Source: Microbotryum violaceum
Lineage: Eukaryota
Direction: 5' to 3'
Assembly (NCBI GenBank): GCA_001244265.2
Contig: CDLV01000021.1
Location: 124,001-183,399, forward strand
DNA length: 59,399 bases
Shown here: positions 53,654 to 59,399 of the stretch, one piece after another
Position numbering within the stretch: the stretch's first letter is position 1
How the letters are laid out: each line of letters opens with the position of its first letter
Notes under the pieces: generated by a model
Databases searched by the model: none
Seen by the model: only the letters and a program-made list of their open reading frames with translations
What the model was told of the DNA's origin: nothing
Position numbers and translations under genes: made by a program

Positions 53654-54921
53654 TCATGGACCATCTCGCGATTTGGCGTCGACTCGGTGTGGGTTAGCAC
53701 GAGGTCCCAGCTGGATCATGTTCGTGCCAGAGGCACGAGAGTTCAATGCGGCAGGCCCACCGTGCTTTCCATTCTTTCCAGCAACTCGGAAGCCGGTGGT
53801 CGAAGTCAAAGTCGAAGTCGAGGCCCCCGGAACAAGGGCGGCGGTGGCCGGAGTCGAAACCGGCTTCCTGCAAGCCCCCCACTGGTGTCCGGCGCGATTG
53901 CACACGGCGCAGTAGTGCGTCTCAAATTCGTGTCGCAAGCCGTACTTGGCGCCCAGGATCTCGATCTCTTGTGGCAAGGCGGCGTTGAGCGCAGCCTTCT
54001 GCGTCTCGGTGGAGCCTTGGAAAAGATCAGCATGTAAGCGAAGGTACGTGCAGTGGAACCCGTCTTCGGTCATGGCCATCGGGTCACCGTTTGGATCGAC
54101 CGCGAGGCCCCGCTGTAATTGCATGAGGGTATACCCTTGCGTGCAACCAGCGTGGCCGAAGGAGGAAGTGAGGGCAGCGTCGAGAGATTTTCGGAGCACG
54201 GAAGCGGGAATCGCGCTGGAAGAGGAGGGTAAGGTGAATCGCACCTGGACGATGTGGTTTAGGGGGGAAACACTCGGGAGCTCGGTGACCATCTCTTTTC
54301 CATGATAGGGGAATGGACCCGCTGCAGCGGCTTCGAGACAGGCCTGGTCGGATTCGAACACGAGATCGTACATATGACGAGCAATCGGGAACCTCTTCGT
54401 TGCCTTCGTCACGATCGGGTTCAGCTTCACACATTTCGAGAAGAGCTTCTCGACCTCGGGGTCAAGCTCGGCGCCCTTGGGCCGCGCGAACATGAATGGC
54501 GTCTCGGCCAGCCCAAAGTGCTTACGCAGCGCAATCTGTACAGGGCCTCTTGGGGACCAGGTACCATCCATGCTGACTCGGATCACGTTGGAGGCCGGCA
54601 TCGCGTCGTTTCGTACCGCCCTTTGAGCAGCTCGTGCGAGAGCCGGCGCCTGCGAAGGCGGGCTGGAAGGGTCATACAACAGTACCATCAGCCGGCGGGT
54701 CGACTTGGAGGATGCTACGATGCCAAGGGCTTTGAAAGCCTTCTGCATCGACTTCTCATGGTCCAATCGAGCCTGAGAAGCCTGGGCAGACCAGGCTGGA
54801 GGATTAACGGTTCCTCCAGTGACCGTCTCACGGGTTTCCGTGTTGAGTGATTCATCTCTCAACACGTCACCAGCCCACGGAGCGTTGGGCGGGTGCAGGG
54901 TGGGCCGGGCGGATCCGGCAT
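53654..54921 (-). CDS. LINE ORF1/gag-like protein (RRM-like region + CCHC knuckle), convergent with ORF2
   Basis: MPDPPG start (1-bp deletion near the 5' end in this arm), DLVFES...C..A...GPF.Y.G, LP..I.ILG...L......CAVCNRAGHQWGAC (C-X2-C-X4-H-X4-C). Confidence 0.8.
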
Positions 54922-55126
54922 CACTTCTTGTAGTCGTCCTGTAGCTCTTGAAGCGGTTGCTGGGCGACTGTACACACTACACGACGGTACACACTTTGTG
55001 TGTGCCCGAGCCTGGAACACGAATTCGAGTGCAAGGTCTGAGGCACACACAAAGTGTGTACCGTCGTGTAGTGTGTACAGTCGCCCAGCAACCGCTTCAA
55101 GAGCTACAGGATGACTACAAGAAGTG

Positions 55127-56392
55127 ATGCCGGATCCGCCCGGCCCACTCCTGCACCCGCCCAACGCTCCGTGGGCTGGTGACGTGTTGAGAGATGAATC
55201 ACTCAACACGGAAACCCGTGAGACGGTCACTGGAGGAACCGTTAATCCTCCAGCCTGGTCTGCCCAGGCTTCTCAGGCTCGATTGGACCATGAGAAGTCG
55301 ATGCAGAAGGCTTTCAAAGCCCTTGGCATCGTAGCATCCTCCAAGTCGACCCGCCGGCTGATGGTACTGTTGTATGACCCTTCCAGCCCGCCTTCGCAGG
55401 CGCCGGCTCTCGCACGAGCTGCTCAAAGGGCGGTACGAAACGACGCGATGCCGGCCTCCAACGTGATCCGAGTCAGCATGGATGGTACCTGGTCCCCAAG
55501 AGGCCCTGTACAGATTGCGCTGCGTAAGCACTTTGGGCTGGCCGAGACGCCATTCATGTTCGCGCGGCCCAAGGGCGCCGAGCTTGACCCCGAGGTCGAG
55601 AAGCTCTTCTCGAAATGTGTGAAGCTGAACCCGATCGTGACGAAGGCAACGAAGAGGTTCCCGATTGCTCGTCATATGTACGATCTCGTGTTCGAATCCG
55701 ACCAGGCCTGTCTCGAAGCCGCTGCAGCGGGTCCATTCCCCTATCATGGAAAAGAGATGGTCACCGAGCTCCCGAGTGTTTCCCCCCTAAACCACATCGT
55801 CCAGGTGCGATTCACCTTACCCTCCTCTTCCAGCGCGATTCCCGCTTCCGTGCTCCGAAAATCTCTCGACGCTGCCCTCACTTCCTCCTTCGGCCACGCT
55901 GGTTGCACGCAAGGGTATACCCTCATGCAATTACAGCGGGGCCTCGCGGTCGATCCAAACGGTGACCCGATGGCCATGACCGAAGACGGGTTCCACTGCA
56001 CGTACCTTCGCTTACATGCTGATCTTTTCCAAGGCTCCACCGAGACGCAGAAGGCTGCGCTCAACGCCGCCTTGCCACAAGAGATCGAGATCCTGGCGCC
56101 AAGTACGGCTTGCGACACGAATTTGAGACGCACTACTGCGCCGTGTGCAATCGCGCCGGACACCAGTGGGGGCTTGCAGGAAGCCGGTTTCGACTCCGGC
56201 CACCGCCGCCCTTGTTCCGGGGCCTCGACTTCGACTTTGACTTCGACCACCGGCTTCCGAGTTGCTGGAAAGAATGGAAAGCACGGTGGGCCTGCCGCAT
56301 TGAACTCTCGTGCCTCTGGCACGAACATGATCCAGCTGGGACCTCGTGCTAACCCACACCGAGTCGACGCCAAATCGCGAGATGGTCCATGA
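55127..56392 (+). CDS. Mirror copy of the ORF1/gag-like protein (small deletions in its 3' part)
   Basis: Protein identical to the left-arm copy up to EIEIL, after which G-run deletions shift the frame. Confidence 0.8.
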   Translation: MPDPPGPLLHPPNAPWAGDVLRDESLNTETRETVTGGTVNPPAWSAQASQARLDHEKSMQKAFKALGIVASSKSTRRLMVLLYDPSSPPSQAPALARAAQRAVRNDAMPASNVIRVSMDGTWSPRGPVQIALRKHFGLAETPFMFARPKGAELDPEVEKLFSKCVKLNPIVTKATKRFPIARHMYDLVFESDQACLEAAAAGPFPYHGKEMVTELPSVSPLNHIVQVRFTLPSSSSAIPASVLRKSLDAALTSSFGHAGCTQGYTLMQLQRGLAVDPNGDPMAMTEDGFHCTYLRLHADLFQGSTETQKAALNAALPQEIEILAPSTACDTNLRRTTAPCAIAPDTSGGLQEAGFDSGHRRPCSGASTSTLTSTTGFRVAGKNGKHGGPAALNSRASGTNMIQLGPRANPHRVDAKSRDGP

Positions 56393-56520
56393 TCCGCAAC
56401 GGTGAACCTGTAACAAATGAAAGATGAAAGCGATCTATTTAGTGTACAGTAGGAGAAAATGATGTCACAAGAATTTGGTGTGTGTGTGTGGTGGTGGTGG
56501 GGGAAAGTCGAACCCAGCCT

Positions 56521-59399
56521 CTACTGCCCTCTCCTCCCCCAAGCTCCTCCCGCCCTCAGCTTCAACCTCTCCTCCAAGATGATCCTCCTCCTCACAACAC
56601 CCTCCATCCTCATCCCCACTTCTGCATCCCCACCTCCCGCTGCTGATCATCTCCAAGACCAGCCCGGTGAATATTTCATCGTCCTCCCGCTCCTTCTTGA
56701 TCGCGCAGACTGGCCTTGAGCTTCGGAAGTCCGAACATGCGTTGAACAGCCGTGTAATGCGTGTTGTCGATCGTGTCGAGCCCCAGTGCGTCGCAGAGCA
56801 CGCTCCTTGCCGCGATCCAAACGTTCCCAGAGTCAACGCAGTCGAAGAAGTAGTGCTCCCGATCGTCCTTGGTGCTCCACAGACGAGGCACGCGGGCGAG
56901 TCGTCGTGCTTTTGATGAAACTGCAGACTCCGAGTCGGGTGAAGTTCCTGACGAGCTTGAACCACACCTCGCGTTCCCTCGCCGTCAATGCCTTCGAGTT
57001 GACCCCCTTCCAGAATCCCTTGATATCGTCGGGCTGCAGCGAGTCCCTGAAACTGATCGTGTCGGTGAAGGCCTTTGCATTCAAGACTCGGCGGACGCGA
57101 CGGATGGTGTATGGCCGATCCATGCTGAGCAAGTTGTATTGTGTTGATTGGTCTGGGAGAGCCGGTCTCGGGAGGCGCTGCGGCGGGTCGATCGGATGGG
57201 GCAGGATCGACTCGAGCGGCGTGGTGGGGCGGACTCGGGAGGCCCGTTGATTCGTACTGCCGCCACCGGTTGAGCTATTGGTGTGAACCTTAATCGATTG
57301 ATCGCATGTCGGTACCATGCCACAATGTGCTCTCGTTGTGGGCGGCCCCGTTGATCGTATTCGCTGTTGCTGACGACCACATCCGTCGGCGGCATCCAGA
57401 GATGAAAGCCCCGCCCGGGTACAGCTCGCGTCTAAACAGGTCCGCTACCTTGGCGTAAATGGCAAACGCAGCATAGTCGACGTCGTAGGGTGATCGCGAC
57501 ACAGCTGGTGCTCCGGTAGGTAGTGAAGGGTGTGCAACTTGATCGGAAGGGCGAGAAGATTCGCGAGCGTCAACGTCCTCGGCTTGACTTGCGCATTGTG
57601 CGTCGATGGTACCTTCAGCACGGCCTGCCATCTTGGGTGTAGATCGGTTCGGATCGGAGTGTAGTCGCAAGGCCACGCATCAGTTGCCAAGTCAAAGTCG
57701 GGGGCGGGATGGGCTCGTACAATTGCCGCGCGCGCAAGTCCCTGCCAGATCGCATCCGAACCGCGCCAAGAAGCACATCCCAGACGCGTGCCGCAACCGA
57801 GTCGACGACGTCCTGCATCCGCATGACCCCAAGACCCCCTTGAACCTCGGTGTGAAGACGACGTCCTTGCCATAGCACGACCTTCTCTTGCCGCCGCGGA
57901 CAAAGTCGACGAGAATGCGATCAAGCTCCTTGACGACCTCGAGCGTGGGATGTCGGCGGAGAGGATGTGCAGAATCTTGGGAATGGCGTATCGGTTGACG
58001 TAGAACGCTCGGTGTGGTGTGTGAGCCCCCGGTCCCGTGCCGAATCGAGCACCGCTTCGAGCCGTGCGACGAGATTCACCTTGGCGAGTTCGGTGTTGCC
58101 GGTGGGGTCGAAAGATAGGCCGATCCACTCGAGCGACTCGCCCTCGGCCTTGACGACGAGCGGACGATCGCCAGCCTCCCAGCGACACCCGATGGGTAGT
58201 ACGACGGTCTTGTCGGTGTTGAGCCGGCCATTGGTTGCGAGCCTCCAGTCGAGCGCCAGGTCGTCGAGCAAGGTGAGTGACTCCGAGCCCGCGACGGCGA
58301 CGACGACGTCATCGGCAAACGCAAGAGATGTAATGGCGCGGCTCTGTGGGTAGGGGTGAATGGTAGGAAGCGAAAGGTTCAGCGCGATGCCTCGACGGTG
58401 CAGAGCATCCAGGAACGGCTGGAACACGACATCCCAGACCGACGACGACGCCGGGTGCCCTTGGCCGAGCCACACGTCAGCCGCACCGGCGGAGTCAAGA
58501 AGCCGTTGATGATATATCGCGCCGTGGTCGAGTCACCCGAGTAGAGCATCCTCAGAACGCGTTGAAGGTGGCAGGAGCGCCGAGAGCGTCGAAGATGGCG
58601 AAGATCCATTCGTGCTCAACGAGGTCGTAAGCCGACGATTGTCAAGAGACAAGAGCGCCGCGTCAGGGAACTCGGTGCCGCGCGCGCCCAGCTCCTCGAT
58701 CAAGAGTCGCAGGTGGAATGACGCGTCGCCGATCGCGGCCCTTGACGAAGCCGTGCTGTTGCGGTGGGAGCAGGTCCGGCAGCACGTGGTTGAGTCGCGC
58801 AACGTAGACCTTGGTGAAGAGCCTGTAGTCGCACTCGCGCAAGGTGATGGGCCGGTACGACGAGAGCTCGCGCGATCGGCCCGATCTTGTGATGCTTGAA
58901 GAGCAGCGAACGAGTCCTTGCCCCTGCTTCGGTGAAAGCGAGCCCGCTCGTCATCGCGTTGAAAGCCCTGCTCAGCGCCTTGGCCCACGCCCGCGGCGCT
59001 GTGTGATAGAGCTCGTAGGGCACGCCAGATGGACCCGGCGATCGACCGGGGTGCGTTGTTGCGATTGCGGCTACGACCTCGTCCTCGTGATGGGTTGCTG
59101 CAGCAGCTCGATGTGCGCTTCCGAGAGTCGTCGCAGAAAGAGCGGTCTGACTCGGATCGCGCAAGTGCGCGCCGCCCTGATCGCGCCAAGAAATCGTCCC
59201 TAAGTTGCTCGACGTGGTCCCGATCGCGCGCTCGAAATTGTAGAGGCGCTGAAAGTGCGCCTGTGTGTGGTCAAGCGCGACGTCAATGTCATGTGTCAGC
59301 TCCCCGTTGGGCAATCGCAGTGCTGTGATCTTGGAATCCGAACTCCGTGCCGCGAACTTGGCGTAGACCGGCCGCGACAGTCGTTCCTCGATGAGGCAC
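56521..59399 (-). pseudogene. Mirror copy of the RT ORF2 with many 1-bp deletions, running off the window
   Basis: Reverse complement of 50623-53525. Deletion density rises toward the window end. Confidence 0.85.

Noticed and set aside
55007-55041. Apex as a sequencing adapter or telomere repeat
   Set aside because: It does not resemble the SMRTbell adapter as I recall it, and there is no TTAGGG array. An adapter-free fold-back artefact is still possible.

Overview
Intron-rich eukaryotic DNA, most likely from a basidiomycete fungus (Pucciniomycotina/Microbotryomycetes-like, inferred from gene content, short GTRAGT/GTGCGT..CTRAC..YAG introns and TE types). Housekeeping genes in order: RNA Pol I largest subunit (partial), SNF8, VPS15, ATP synthase subunit e, a PNPOx-like flavoprotein, a MAU2/Scc4-like cohesin loader, a hypothetical gene, UBA3, a THOC5-like gene, OAC1, a MetR/Zip1-type bZIP, GABA transaminase and an intron-containing tRNA-Arg(ACG). 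Two TE-rich islands interrupt them: about 21.4-27.9 kb (Ty3/gypsy LTR and pol relic, Ulp1-carrying relic, Helitron pieces) and about 34.7-42.0 kb (KDZ-type DNA transposon relic). The last 12 kb are the most unusual. A 5'-truncated, poly(A)-tailed L1-like element sits about 50 bp upstream of the tRNA. It is followed by a related L1-like element whose RT ORF2 and gag-like ORF1 are convergent and which has no poly(A). That unit is mirrored in an inverted duplication of at least 8.7 kb around a structured 35-nt apex at about 55024. This could be an undescribed ambisense, fold-back retroelement or a long-read fold-back artefact. The convergent ORF layout is present within a single arm either way. 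Gene identities come from motif recognition by eye, with no database searches, and exon boundaries are approximate.
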